From NCBI GenBank assembly GCA_963789395.1, contig CAWBKP010000011.1, positions 1 through 64,000 on the forward strand: a stretch of 64,000 nt of DNA, read 5' to 3'. Each line of letters opens with the position of its first letter. Within the stretch, counting starts at the first letter, position 1. The position numbers were made by a program, and so were the translations under genes. This document shows, in pieces, positions 1 through 11,786 of this stretch. A model generated the notes under the pieces. It was given only the letters and a program-made list of their open reading frames with translations, searched no databases and was not told the DNA's origin. Origin of the DNA: an uncultured delta proteobacterium. Lineage in GTDB: Bacteria; Desulfobacterota; Desulfobacteria; Desulfobacterales; Desulfatirhabdiaceae.

Positions 1-127
1 ATGATTTCAGTTCCTTTGTAACCCTTGGCCTTGATCTCTACTGGCTGTTTATTTCGGTTCTTCCTCCTTTCACGATTCCATAACCCCAAGATCATGCCAT
101 GAACTTAACTGTTTGTTATTGATATAG

Positions 128-143
128 TGCAATCGATGTGCCA
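128..143 (-). promoter_or_regulatory. sigma54 (-24/-12) promoter for a gene at or beyond the left window edge
   Basis: Minus strand reads TGGCAC-ATCGA-TTGCA, matching TGGCAC-N5-TTGC; lies directly downstream of a sigma54 activator gene. Confidence 0.75.
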
Positions 144-207
144 CCAAGCCGATTAACTTGAATACTTTATAACAAACTGATAATTCATGTTTTTTAGATA
201 AATCATT

Positions 208-1555
208 TTAAACTGCATTCAGTTGAGGCTCCCGGATGTAACCATCGGTAACAGAGCTGCCTGTTAGATGTAACACCCGGTTACACGCGGTTGACGTCAA
301 ACCGTATTCCGAAAGCCTCAGATAGAGCAGCCGTCGCGTAATGCCCAGCATTTTTGCCGCTGCCTGTTTATTGCCTTTGGTCATTTCAAGTGTTTTCACC
401 AGCAACTCCTTTTCAACATCCCGAAGACGGACCCCCCCGTCGGGCAGTTGATTAATCATACCCGTGGTCTGGATTTCCATGCTCAGTTTTCCGGCACAAT
501 TCTTCCGGAAGGTCCTGAATGGTAATTTCTCCGTTTGGACAGGTCACCAGAAGCCGTTCCACAATATTGGCCAACTCCCGGACATTGCCCGGATAGCTGT
601 AACACTGCAGCAGGTCTATGACTTCACCTGTCAGAACCGGCACCGGCAAATCCATTCCCTCTGCATAGCTTTTCAGAAAATGATTCAGCAGCAAGGGGAT
701 GTCTTCTTTCCTGTCTCTCAACGGCGGGATAGTAATCGGCACGACATTGAGGCGATAGAAGAGATCGTCCCGAAAATATCCAGATTCTACATCTTTTTTT
801 AAATCCTGACTGGTGGCTGCAATAATCCTCACATCGGTTTTGATGGTGGCATTGCCTCCGACCCGCTGAAATTCTTTTTCCTGGAGTATTCTGAGCAGCT
901 TGACCTGAAGCGCCTTGTCCAGTTCGCCGATTTCATCCAGAAACAAGGTGCCGCCGTTGGCAATCTCAAATTTGCCTTTGCGCTGCTGTATCGCCGTGGT
1001 GAAGGCGCCGCGCTCATGGCCGAACAGTTCGCTTTCCATCAGACTGGCCGGAATGGCGCCGCAGTTGATTGCCACAAATGGCAAGTTTCTGCGGGTGCTG
1101 GTCTGACAGATCGTTCGGGCAATCAATTCTTTGCCCGTACCGCTTTCACCCTGAATCAAAACAGTGGCCGATGTGGGTTTCAATTTTTCGATCAGCCGAT
1201 AAATATCATTTATGCCCCGGCTTTTACCGATAATCACCCCAAAACGCTGCCTGGGTTCATCGGATTTGAACTGCCGTTTCTGATGACGATCTTTCGCCCC
1301 CATTTTCTGGGCAATTCCCATCAGAATCGTGTTGAGATCGTGTTTGAGGCCCGGGCCTGAATATTCATAAAATCCGCCACCCTGGTATAAAAATGGACCC
1401 ATCGGACCAGTAATCAGAATCGCGGCATCGGGCGCAATTCGCCTGGCCTGCTGAAAAAAACCGCCACCACCCATTTCCGAGGATTTGATATCGATGATAA
1501 TGATAGATACTGTTTTTGAATGACTGTTCAGTACGGCCAAGTCCTTGCTGCTCAT
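208..1555 (-). CDS. sigma54-dependent Fis-family transcriptional activator (frameshift near 470)
   Basis: GESGTGKE Walker A, GAFTTA, FLDEIG and YPGNVREL in ORF 452-1555; HTH ([18 protein letters not shown]) in overlapping ORF 208-480. Confidence 0.9.
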
Positions 1556-1762
1556 CCGCCACCCACAGCGGATCGAAGTCCGTTTGAAGCAATAAACCGC
1601 GGCAGAGACTGAAATGCCCGGTACCGGTCATCGACAATCAGGACCAGTCGGCTTATTGCCTTTAGGCGTTTGCACGTTTTTTCTTCAGAACATATCATCT
1701 GATTAAGCATTAACTCCTTCTCAGCCCCTTTCTGCACTGACAAGGAAATACAGACCATTATT

Positions 1763-2840
1763 TCAGGTCTTTTCATGACTGCCCGTTTCAACCGGGACTG
1801 CTGAAATGCCATTCCCGATCATCTCCCGGTTCAGACTTTTGCCGATAATGGACACCTTGCTCTGATTAAACGGCCTGACGGGCTGAATGGACACGTCGCC
1901 GGAAGCCAATTCCAGCACCTTCCAGCCTGTCACTGTTCGAAATATTCCCTTGGCACGAACGACTTCACCATACTCGGACAGCGTGTCTGTCATCCGATGA
2001 AAAATATTTTCAAGGGAAACCGGGTCAAACCCGCTTTCGGCAAAAACAAGGCCAAAGGATTCGTATCCCAAGGCATCCGCATCTTTGTCAAAATGAGGCT
2101 GCAATCCCGCATTTTCCGGATGATCCAGATATTTGAACCACCGGCTGCAAAGGAACCGGCCCTGTACCGTTATTGGATTTCGGTTGAACAGTCTCCTTCC
2201 GGCGGCTGTCCGAATGTGCCGTTGTGTCACTTTCAAGTTTGGATCCGGAACCAACAGACAGAGCGGCGTGATACTCGTTCCAGTTGATGGCTCCAAATTC
2301 GGTCATGAAAACCGTTAGTTCAGGATTGATCGCGGAGATGGCGGACTGAATCACCTTGGCCTTGCGCTGATCTACCCTGTCACATTTATTCAACATGATG
2401 ACATGTGCGTTTTCCACCTGGGATTCAACAAAATGCCGGTTAGCCCGATACAACCCCATGAAACCGGTGGCATCGGCAATCAGTATTTTGTTAATTCGGG
2501 TGACTTCCTGCTCGAACAACTGCGCTTCCAGAATCCACTGAATTTGCCCGATAGTGGCGACCCCAGTGGGTTCAATAATGATTCTGTCCGGCTTCAAGGT
2601 ATGGCTGATTTCCAGAATCTGAGCCCGGAAATCAGCCTGAAGCGTACAGCAGATGCATCCGCTGGGCATTTCGACCACATTGCCGCCCTGTGATGACAGA
2701 AGCTCGCCATCAATGCCTACATCACCAAATTCATTCACCAATACTACGATTTTTTCATCAGAATCCCATTCCCGAAGGATTCGCGTGATAAACGTGGTTT
2801 TGCCGGAACCTAAAAATCCAAAAATCACATCGATAATCAT
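1763..2840 (-). CDS. CobW/COG0523 metallochaperone GTPase (frameshifted; 3' end may extend to 1552)
   Basis: GFLGSGKTT, NEFG, GCICC, EPTG, NKCD; CobW_C-like 'VVRAKGIF' in ORF 1763-2296. Confidence 0.85.
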
Positions 2841-3097
2841 CTTAGATGCACTTTCCTGGTACCCGGTGAAACAGATAAGGATACACATGACCCAGAATCA
2901 TGAAAAATCCGATGTTCATTCGCCCTCTGAAGTCAACTTCAATTCCAGTTCGCATTCAAACTGATACATTTAAAAGTACAGACTCATCTCTGCTCGCTTT
3001 GCTTTCGCAGTCTCAGCCTGAATGCTTGCTGGAGTGTCATTTTAAATCAATTTGAATACCGTCAAAAATGAATTAACCGATTTGTCACACAATCCGG

Positions 3098-3844
3098 TTA
3101 ACCGTTCCATTTGCTTCGTAAGGCCTCCCATTTTTCGCCGGCCAATGCATCCTCAGCCATGCCCGGCGCCTGGCTTGCTTCCTTGCCCCAAACACCTAGA
3201 TCGTAACTGGTCACATATTCCTCACAGACCGCTCCGCCGCCGCAGATAAAGGGAATTTGGATACCGGCAGCTTTAAGCTGGTGCGCGATTTTCGGAAATG
3301 CCGTCATGGTGGTAGTCATCAGCGCGGTTCCGGTAACCATCACGGGACGATGCTCTTTACAAGCCGCTACCACCTTGTCAACCGGCACGTCGGCACCCAG
3401 ATCAATTACCTCGAATCCATTGGCGTTCAGCAGCGCATTGACGATCACCTGACCGATGTCATGGATGTCGCCTTCAGCAGTATGGGTAACAACCTTGCCT
3501 TTTCTATCCATGGATTTGCCCATGGCCTTTTCGCACTTGGCAATGCCGATATTCATCGCATCCGAAGAGAGGATGACCTGGGGCAGAAAATATACGCCTT
3601 CTTCCCACAGCCGGCTCACTTCGTTCATGCCGGCAATCAGTGCATCGTTAATGATGTCGAGCGGTGTTTTTGTTTTCAGGGCAGTATCCACGGCAGGGCC
3701 TATTCCATCTTCATCCCCGTCTACCACGAACTTTGCGATACTTTGCAGAATGGGATCTTTGGAAACCTGTTTGGCTTGTCCAACTTTTTCGAGGTCAAGA
3801 TCGTAACGTTTAAAAATATTTGAGAAATCTTTCAAAATTTTCAT
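3098..3844 (-). CDS. Methyltransferase cognate corrinoid protein (MtaC-like)
   Basis: Helical cap domain plus DxHxxG cobamide-binding motif (EGDIHDIG), DLGADVP, GTALMTTTM, CGGG. Confidence 0.92.
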   Translation of the reverse strand: MKILKDFSNIFKRYDLDLEKVGQAKQVSKDPILQSIAKFVVDGDEDGIGPAVDTALKTKTPLDIINDALIAGMNEVSRLWEEGVYFLPQVILSSDAMNIGIAKCEKAMGKSMDRKGKVVTHTAEGDIHDIGQVIVNALLNANGFEVIDLGADVPVDKVVAACKEHRPVMVTGTALMTTTMTAFPKIAHQLKAAGIQIPFICGGGAVCEEYVTSYDLGVWGKEASQAPGMAEDALAGEKWEALRSKWNG

Positions 3845-3927
3845 AAAAAAATACTCCTTTCCTCTTTATAAAGTTTATTAAAATGGCTCCGGCAGGAACC
3901 CCGAACATCCATAGGTTGATCTTCTGC

Positions 3928-4929
3928 TTAATGCGCCTTGGCAACATCCAGCATGGCCAGAAGGTTTTCCATTGGCGTCCCCGGCGCCACGGCGCACCCC
4001 GGCGCCAGCATCTGGATGCCGTCAGCGATGGATTCCTCGCTTCCAGCCCTGACTGTTGCGGCATCCTTCATAAATAGCGTGGTTGCGGTATCCACGCCGC
4101 CCATTAAAATGATATCCGGCCCGCATTTTTCACGGGCCAGTTGTGCGCTGGCTTTCGGTTCCAGACTCAGTATCTCCGCTCCGGTCTGCCCCATCCAGGC
4201 GACGATGTTATCCACGTTGCCGCAGATATGCAGAATTTTAGGTACATTGATTCCTTCGAACTGGGCGGTTTGATATTCCATCTCATAATCCCTGTAAGTT
4301 TTTGGTGCGATCAGGTCCGGCGAAGCTGTCATGTCCTCACAGGAAATCATATCGGCACCAGCCTCGACCAGGGCATGGGCAAGCATATTACCGGCTCTCT
4401 GGCCGATTTCCAGAAACGGCCGCATCTTCTCCGGCGACTTGAAGCTGGCCTTGAGCAGAGGAACCGTGTCCACCAGAGCGCCTGCGATGGTGAAGGGCCC
4501 GATGATCCCGCCGATAATGAGCACTTCGTCCTTCAACTCCTTTTTTAAAATGCGGACTGCTTTCAGCAATTCCGGAATTCTGCCGCGCGAGAGAAAGTCT
4601 TTCGGGAAAACAGGCGTATCATTCAGAGTATAGGGAGACGGATGTGCGATGCCTGGAATTCCTTCAGTACCGCCGGACTTGACCCCGCACCCAAGGGCCT
4701 CGGCTTCAAATGTCTGGCAGAAAGGGACTCTTACCGCATCGAATCCGACCACCGTATAGGCTGCCAGAGCTTGTTTCGCCATGTCTTCACCTTTTTCATG
4801 ACCGCTGGGCCAGAAGGCCTGAACCTTTTCCATCTGCTCGTAGGTGACAGTAGAATTTGCGCAGAAACAGGGCATGCGGTCGGGTTTCTGGTGGTTTAAT
4901 ACTGCCATCACACGTTCTTTGGCATTCAT
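3928..4929 (-). CDS. MtaA/CmuA (URO-D family) methyltransferase 1
   Basis: Zn motif LHICG plus C-terminal APGC; GPFT motif; adjacent to corrinoid protein. Confidence 0.9.
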   Translation of the reverse strand: MNAKERVMAVLNHQKPDRMPCFCANSTVTYEQMEKVQAFWPSGHEKGEDMAKQALAAYTVVGFDAVRVPFCQTFEAEALGCGVKSGGTEGIPGIAHPSPYTLNDTPVFPKDFLSRGRIPELLKAVRILKKELKDEVLIIGGIIGPFTIAGALVDTVPLLKASFKSPEKMRPFLEIGQRAGNMLAHALVEAGADMISCEDMTASPDLIAPKTYRDYEMEYQTAQFEGINVPKILHICGNVDNIVAWMGQTGAEILSLEPKASAQLAREKCGPDIILMGGVDTATTLFMKDAATVRAGSEESIADGIQMLAPGCAVAPGTPMENLLAMLDVAKAH

Positions 4930-5173
4930 ACACTTACCTCCTGATTAAAATATATGAGAATAGAGAGACAACGATAACATTCAACAATAAATTATATTAA
5001 AGATAGATAGCTGCTAATGAGAAAACCGTATCAAATGAAAACAGTCTTTAAGTAAAAAAGAATTGATGATTGCAATTCACGGAGGTTCAAGGGCAAATGC
5101 CGCATCGATGATCAAATCAACGGAATTCAATCAAAAATGCGCTCTTTACCCTCGAAAGAGAGGCATCATGGCG

Positions 5174-5380
5174 TGAGCAGGTATCCTGACTTGCAGTCCG
5201 AGCAGACTCTTTGAACCGTCTCAGCCGTGTGAAATAAGTCGCCGGCCGATAACAGAGTACACTCTTCGAGGATTCGATTTCAAAAAATAAAGCCTCGAAG
5301 CATTCCTTAGGGAATGCGTGTCGCTTACAGTTGCGGGGCAGTGATGGATTTACACCATCTTCCCTGCTATAAAACAGGTA
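5174..5380 (-). ncRNA. Cobalamin riboswitch upstream of methyltransferase 1
   Basis: Minus strand GGGAAGATGGTGTAAATCCATCACTGCCCCGCAACTGTAA ... AAGTCAGGATACCTGC (B12-box); boundaries approximate. Confidence 0.9.
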
Positions 5381-5435
5381 AAATGATTTAAGATATATAA
5401 AAAAATTAATTATAAATCATTTATTGATGATATTA

Positions 5436-5451
5436 AGCAATATTAATGCCA
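5436..5451 (-). promoter_or_regulatory. sigma54 promoter upstream of the riboswitch
   Basis: Minus strand TGGCAT-TAATA-TTGCT in an AT-rich region next to an NtrC-family gene. Confidence 0.7.
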
Positions 5452-5598
5452 CTGATACACGAATATAATATATATTTTATTTACGCATGATTTTCGGCGG
5501 GTTATACACCGATACGAATATCGATTCAAACCAATGGGCAGGACAAGTCAAACACTACAATCGGAGAGATATCAGAGGCATTTCAATTATATTCAATA

Positions 5599-7056
5599 TT
5601 ATTGAGATATTAAATGTGTGACACCAATGTCACGGTATGACATTGGTCGGTGGGGGGACTGGGAGCGAAATCGGGCGGTGTCCAGCTCATATTCCTTGAT
5701 CTTTCGCCACAGCGTTCTGGTGGTGATTCCCGTAGATTGGGCAGCCTTGGTGACATTTCCGTCGAACCGTTTTAACGTCTCATAAATATATGCTTTCTCA
5801 AATCGCTTTTCAACCACGTCACGGGCCACTTTAAATGGAATATCGATATTCACCGAATAGGGGGATTCTGTCAGAGTTGTTCCAGTTGTTGTGCGTGAAA
5901 AATGGAGATTATCGATTGTGTCGCCCTCTGTGATGACAAATGCCCGTTCAAGAACATTTTCCAGTTCACGGACATTCCCGGGCCAGGTATGCTGCATTAG
6001 CTGAGCCATCGCCGTTGCGGTTAATGCTTTAATATTCTGGTTGAAATTTTTATTGAGCATGGGAATGAAATGTTTAACCAACAGCGGAATATCTTCGATT
6101 CGCTCCCGCAGGGGCGGGATGTGGATGGGAATCACGTTCAGCCGGTAGAACAGTTCCATCCGATATTCGCCCCGTTTGATTTTGGCATTGACATCCTGAT
6201 TGGTGGCAGAAATCACCTTTACATCCAGATCGAGTGACCGATTGCCTCCAACCCGCTCATATTTTTTTTCCTGCAGCACCCGGAGCAGCTGCACCTGCAT
6301 TCGGGGAGAGATATCACCCACTTCATCCAGAAAGATAGTGCCCCCTTTGGCATATTCAAATTTTCCGATTTTGGTACGGGTTGCACCGGTAAACGCCCCC
6401 TCTTCGTATCCGAACAACTCGGCTTCCAGCAGGGTTTCGGACAACGCGCCGCAGTTTATTCCGACAAAAGGTTTGTTGTTTCTGGGACTGTTAAAATGAA
6501 TGGCTTTGGCGACAAGTTCCTTGCCGACACCGGTCTCTCCAGTAATAAACACCCGGGCATCGGTGGGGGCGACTTTCTGAATCAGTTTGTAGATGAGCTG
6601 CATTTTATGATTTTTACCGATTATGTTGCCGAAAGCATAGCGTTGATTAACTTCTTTTCTAAGGCTTCGAATCTCCTGAAGCATGCGCCTTTCCCGAATT
6701 GTCTTTTCAATTGCCATCAACAGAGCCTCGGGTTCGAACGGCTTCTGAATGTAGTCAGTCACGCCCTGTTTTATGGCATCGACAGCCGATGAAATGGTTC
6801 CAAAGGCTGTCATGATGACGCCCGATATATGTGGATCGATTTTACGGGCGATTTGGAACAACTGAAGGCCATCCTCACCCGGCATCTTCATGTCAGTTAG
6901 CAGAATATCAAATGTGTTAGCGGATAACCGGTTCACCGCCTGGGAGGAATCATGCGCCACCATCACTTCATAGCCTTCGTTTTCCAGAATGGTCAGAATG
7001 TGGGTGCAAAATGAAACCTGATCATCCACGACAAGTATTTTGTGCCCCATTTTCAA
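5599..7056 (-). CDS. NtrC-family sigma54 response regulator (REC-AAA+-HTH)
   Basis: ILVVDD/TDMKMPG receiver, GETGVGKE, GAFTGA, WPGNVREL, C-terminal HTH. Confidence 0.95.
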   Translation of the reverse strand: MKMGHKILVVDDQVSFCTHILTILENEGYEVMVAHDSSQAVNRLSANTFDILLTDMKMPGEDGLQLFQIARKIDPHISGVIMTAFGTISSAVDAIKQGVTDYIQKPFEPEALLMAIEKTIRERRMLQEIRSLRKEVNQRYAFGNIIGKNHKMQLIYKLIQKVAPTDARVFITGETGVGKELVAKAIHFNSPRNNKPFVGINCGALSETLLEAELFGYEEGAFTGATRTKIGKFEYAKGGTIFLDEVGDISPRMQVQLLRVLQEKKYERVGGNRSLDLDVKVISATNQDVNAKIKRGEYRMELFYRLNVIPIHIPPLRERIEDIPLLVKHFIPMLNKNFNQNIKALTATAMAQLMQHTWPGNVRELENVLERAFVITEGDTIDNLHFSRTTTGTTLTESPYSVNIDIPFKVARDVVEKRFEKAYIYETLKRFDGNVTKAAQSTGITTRTLWRKIKEYELDTARFRSQSPHRPMSYRDIGVTHLISQ

Positions 7057-9870
7057 ACCTCCGAGTGCCGGATATCATTTGATGGATTCAGGGGAAGCAG
7101 AATATGGATCGTGGCCCCATCATCCATATTGTTGACTGCCCAGATACTACCTTGATGGGCTTCAACAATTCGAAACGCCAGGGACAATCCGAGTCCTGTC
7201 CCCGATTCTTTGCTGGTAAAAAACGGACGGAAAATATTATTCAGATCGGATGCCTTGATGCCGACCCCACTGTCACAGATCTGAATACTCAGGCAATCCG
7301 GAATCTGTTGTGACCGTTGGCAGGAAACCGTCAGCCGGCCGCCGTTCGGCATCGACTGAACGGCGTTATGAACAACATTCCGGAATACCTGGCTCATCAA
7401 TACCGCATCCAGTGAAAGAGATGGTTGCCCGTGTTCGTATCGTTTCTCCACCTCGATCTTGTTGTTTCTGATCGCATCATCATACATTTTCAGCGTTTCA
7501 TCCAGAAGAATATCGATTTGTTGAAGAGAACGGCTCGGTTTCAGTGTCTTTGTGTATTCCAGCAATTCCGTAACGACCCGATTCAGATTATGGATTCCTT
7601 CAGAAAGGTTGGAAAAAATACCGTTCAGTTGATGTCTTTCCGCATCCATACCATGATCGTTCTTTTTGGAGCATGGATATCAACTGATTGTCCAGACTCA
7701 ACGTCTTTTCCAATAATTTGGTCCCCATCAGAATATTTCCCAGGGGATTTCGAATCTGATGAGCGACCGCACTAGAAAATTCTCCAAGAAGCGCCAGTTC
7801 CTTGGATTTTTCAAGCTCGGCTTCCAAACGTTTCTTTTCAGTGATATCCACCCCCACACTTTCAATGCCGGAAATCTGTCCGAATTCGTCCACATCCGGA
7901 TAAATCGTCAATGAAATTATATGGTCTTCACCTTTTCGATTCAACTGCCGATATTCCAGTCCCTTGGCCAGAGGAAGCTCTCCTCTTAATACTTTTCTGA
8001 AATAATGATTGATTTGCCTGCGGTCTTCTTCTGCCACAACAGAATCGGCGGAAAACTCCTCATGGCAGAGTTCTTCTTTCGAAAACCCGGTCAGAAGCTC
8101 CATGACCTTGTTTACAAAGACATATCGGTTTTTTTTATTGACGCGAAAAACAATGTCTTTTCCGATTTCCTCCCGACTCTTTTTCTGATCCTGAAGCTGT
8201 TGAATTTGAGTGGTTTTCTCAATGATTTTCTTTTCCAGAAAATCGCTCATTTCCTGACTGGACGTATACGCCCTGGCATTTTCGATGGCCAGAGATGCCG
8301 CGCTTCCCATCGCCTCGGCAAAAGACAGATCATGACTGTCGAAAGGCTTTTTGTCTTTTGCCCGAACGACAAGGAGCAGCCCCAATTTTTTTTGCCTTAT
8401 CTTCAGAATTACCGAAAGCATGGAATGAATGTTCTGTGATCGAAACAAAAGCTTCATCTCAGGTGTTATTTTTTTTGACCGGTTGACATTTGTTATCAGA
8501 AATGTCTGATCTTTTGTTAACAACCATTGATAGATGTGTTTCAGCTCCTTGGGATAAATTTTTGGAAACAGAATGGAATTGATGCCATTTTCTCCACAGC
8601 ACTTCGTATGAGTAGACAGAATCAAAGGAATCCGCGTTTCTGAAAATAAATATAACTGACAGTTGTTACCGATATATTCTGCGCCTTTTTCGGCTACGGA
8701 CTTCAAAGTCTCTTTTAAATCCAACTTGGCATTGAATTTTACGATGGATTGAAACAAAAAAGCTGCTTCGTCTTTTTTCTGCAGGCTTTGCCGATAGAGA
8801 TTCTTGTTTTCAATGGCCATACCCATGATATTGGCCAGTCCCGAAAGCAATCTGATGCCGGCACGATCAAAGGGTTCTGTTGCCTCACGCAACAGAAACA
8901 TGACCCCCATTATCGTTTCCTTGGATTTCAGGGGAACGCCGACGATCATTCTGAACAGGCCGAAAATATTCAGATTTTTCCCCGTGATAAAACTCTGCTT
9001 CAACCGGTTTCAACACCGGCTTGCCTACGGACAGTATCTCTTTTAAATATTCTCTTTCAATTTTTCTGAGCAACTGCGGTGAAATTTCATTACTGCCGCA
9101 GTCCGAGACGGATAATTTCATTTTTTCGGACTCCGCATCCCGTGAATAAATCAGCATGCGCGATTCCTTGAAAACATATTGGATGGTGTGCATGGATTTA
9201 TACAGCGATTCGTTAAAGTCCATGGACTGATTGATCTTGGCGGAAATGGCACTGATCGCGAACAATTCCTTACTCAGGGATGTGACGCGCTGCTGAGTTT
9301 CCAGATTGAATGCGCTCAGATTCTGCAGCTCTGTTTTTACTTCTCGAATTTCGTTACTAAGCCGAATCTCTTTAATTTTGGCAGCCAGTTGCAGACCGAC
9401 CAGATAAAAAAGACTCAGATACTCCTTGTCCGGAATCAGAATTTTATCAAGTCGAATATTCAAAAAGCCTATCAGCCGGTCAACGTCTGGAAGGGGAAAG
9501 ATAAAAACTGAAGAGATGCGGTGGGAGTCGCTTGTTAGCCGATGGATGGGAAATGGGTGATTCCATCAGCCAGCTCTGGATTACAATGTCCTTCTGCCTG
9601 TCGGTGGCCAGGCCCAGGTTTCGACCGGCAGCCACCGATATCAGTCTGTCGTTTGCATTGAACAAGAGAATCTCGATTCTCTTCACATGTTCCACATCAA
9701 GCAGATGAAAAAGGGTGGATTCTAAAAGGTCATCCAGATTGTTCAGGGTTAAAAATGATTCTATAACCTTCAGAACACGCCTATCCATTTTTCCGGGAAG
9801 AATATGTTGCATGCAGGCCTCTATGACAGGTTGTGAATTCAGACCCAAATGCCGTGTAAAAATACCGGGG
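7053..9870 (-). CDS. GAF/PAS sensor histidine kinase (split over four ORFs by frameshifts; start approximate)
   Basis: AVAHQIRNPL H-box, NAVQSM, DSGVGI, FFTSK, GTGLGL; GAF-like 'LAIENARAY'; PAS. Confidence 0.8.
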
Positions 9871-10386
9871 TCATTTTTCAATACCGACCCTGGCGGGAAC
9901 ACCTGCCTGAAAATAATGTTTGATCGCCTTCATTTCGATGACATCATCCGCCAATTCGATGAGTTCCGGACGAGCCTGTCGCCCTGTGATCACAACAGAA
10001 ACTCCCGTTGCACGGTTGTGAATGGCGTCAAGAAAATCGCTGAGCGGAAAGAGGTTGTATTTCAGAGCCACATTCGCCTCATCCAGAACCACAAGATCAT
10101 ACGCACTGGTTTTCAAAATGGCTGCGACCCTTTCAAATCCTTTCAGCGCATGCGCTCTGTCCTCTTCATGGGGCACGCCGTCGATAAAACGCCCCAGGCC
10201 GAATTGCTCCACCGTAATCAGGTCGTCAAGCCGTTTCAACGCTTTAATTTCACTGTATTCGCTGCCTTTGATGAATTGACCGAGAAACACTTTTTTCCCG
10301 GCTCCGGCTGCTTGGATACATAAGCCCAGGGCATAGGTTGTTTTGCCTTTGCCGTTGCCCGTCACTACCAGGATATCACCGGCCAT
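9871..10386 (-). CDS. cobO: Cob(I)yrinic acid a,c-diamide adenosyltransferase (CobO/BtuR type)
   Basis: TGNGKGKTT, QFIKG, VLDE, VITGR, KHYF...ARVGIE. Confidence 0.92.
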   Translation of the reverse strand: MAGDILVVTGNGKGKTTYALGLCIQAAGAGKKVFLGQFIKGSEYSEIKALKRLDDLITVEQFGLGRFIDGVPHEEDRAHALKGFERVAAILKTSAYDLVVLDEANVALKYNLFPLSDFLDAIHNRATGVSVVITGRQARPELIELADDVIEMKAIKHYFQAGVPARVGIEK

Positions 10387-10487
10387 GCTTCTTCCTTTCA
10401 TAGGGTGCAAATGATGCCCCGGCTTTTTATGTCTTCACTGATCATTTCACCGCAACTGCCGATGAAATATGGAATTCGCAAACGGCA

Positions 10488-11469
10488 TCAACAGCATTTG
10501 TAGAGCCTTAAAAGACGTTCATCCATGACAAAATAAAATTTCATGAACGATGATCCATCCATGCGGGTCCGAATGCCATGAACCGTGTTGGCCAACTGGA
10601 TCGTACTTCTCAAATGGGTGATCATGATCAGCTGCCTGCTTTCGGACAGATGCTTCAGCAGGGCCTGCATGGATTTATGATTGGTGTAGTCGAGAGACGG
10701 TTCCACTTCATCCATGAGAAAGATCGGACTCTTCAGCTGCCCGAACACCGCCAACTGCAAGGCAAGACTTGTCACCGATTTTTCCCCGCCCGAAAGCTGG
10801 TGGGCCTTTCGCTTCCGGTCGCCCCGTAGATTGACTTCGATATCAAGGCCCTTCGCACCGTTACGCGAAACGCTTTTCAAGGCGCCGCTGCCTTCCGGAA
10901 ACAGATATTGCAGATAGGACTTGAATTTTGGAGCAATTTCAGCGTCGATTCTATCCTCGAATTCCGATTCTTTTTCTATATCGATCAACCGCGCAATCCG
11001 TCTGCGCCGCTGAACAGAATCCAGCATCAGAATATCATTGATCTGTTCCTGCTTGATAATCGTTTTCAGTGTATCATCCAGATTGAATTCGGCCAGTCGT
11101 TTCCGGTAGCCGCCACGATCCACGTCAGTCCCATCTACAAAGTAAAAAGACATCGCCTCCCCGGGTCAGTTCCCTGACCACCTGCACGGCGGGCGCGTTA
11201 TTTTCCGTTCCCTGTTTAAAATTCAGCTCAACCCGGATGCGTTCGGCAGGAGGGGTGTCTTTGGATCCGACGAAAAAAAGCTCTGCGGGATCATGGCATC
11301 TCATTTTCGAGATGTCGTCCTCCCCCATGGCCCAGACGACGGCATCCAGAATATTGGATTTGCCGACCCCGTTATTGCCGATGATCACACTGATTCCGGG
11401 CTGAAAGCTCATTTCAGTCTTTTGTGAAAAGGACTTGAATCCTTGAACATTGACGTCTTCAAGATGCAT
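10488..11469 (-). CDS. Short SMC-like ABC ATPase, head domains only (frameshift near 11140)
   Basis: GFKSF, GNNGVGKSNILDA, LSGGEKS, LMDEVE, ITH; about 325 aa in total. Confidence 0.8.
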
Positions 11470-11493
11470 CTTGGTTTCTCCAGCTAAAAATAG

Positions 11494-11781
11494 TCATGGG
11501 TTTTTCGCTCTGTACCGGCGTTCGATTTCCGCAATCAGCTCCTCCTGGCCGGGGATCAGCGCTTCATACACCAATGTGCCGTCCAGGGCCACGCTCGGAA
11601 GAGATCTGGCTTTCAATTCGCGAAAACGGTCCACGCCTTTTCGCGTGCGCATGTCCCATTCACTGACTTCAATCAGTTCCTGTATCTCGTTCGGTAAAGC
11701 CTTTACCGATTCCGCCATATAGACGCAGGCAATTCATTGATTAAAGTCGGTCAACAGGACGTCAACATTGATTTTCTGCAT
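11494..11781 (-). CDS. Thioredoxin-like selenoprotein, UxxC motif (TGA at 11734-11736)
   Basis: MQKINVDVLLTDFNQ-TGA-IACVYMAESV is in frame with ORF 11494-11718 and aligns with the CAAC of paralogue 15633-16025; hairpin follows. Confidence 0.85.
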
Positions 11782-11786
11782 AAGTG

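Noticed and set aside
2841..2969. Two in-frame TGA codons upstream of the first CobW gene
   Set aside because: No Cys-type motif or family similarity is present, and the CobW domain is complete from ATG 2840.
10488..11469. Wadjet/JetC-type or other SMC defence system
   Set aside because: No kleisin, kite or nuclease partners, and no long coiled coil.
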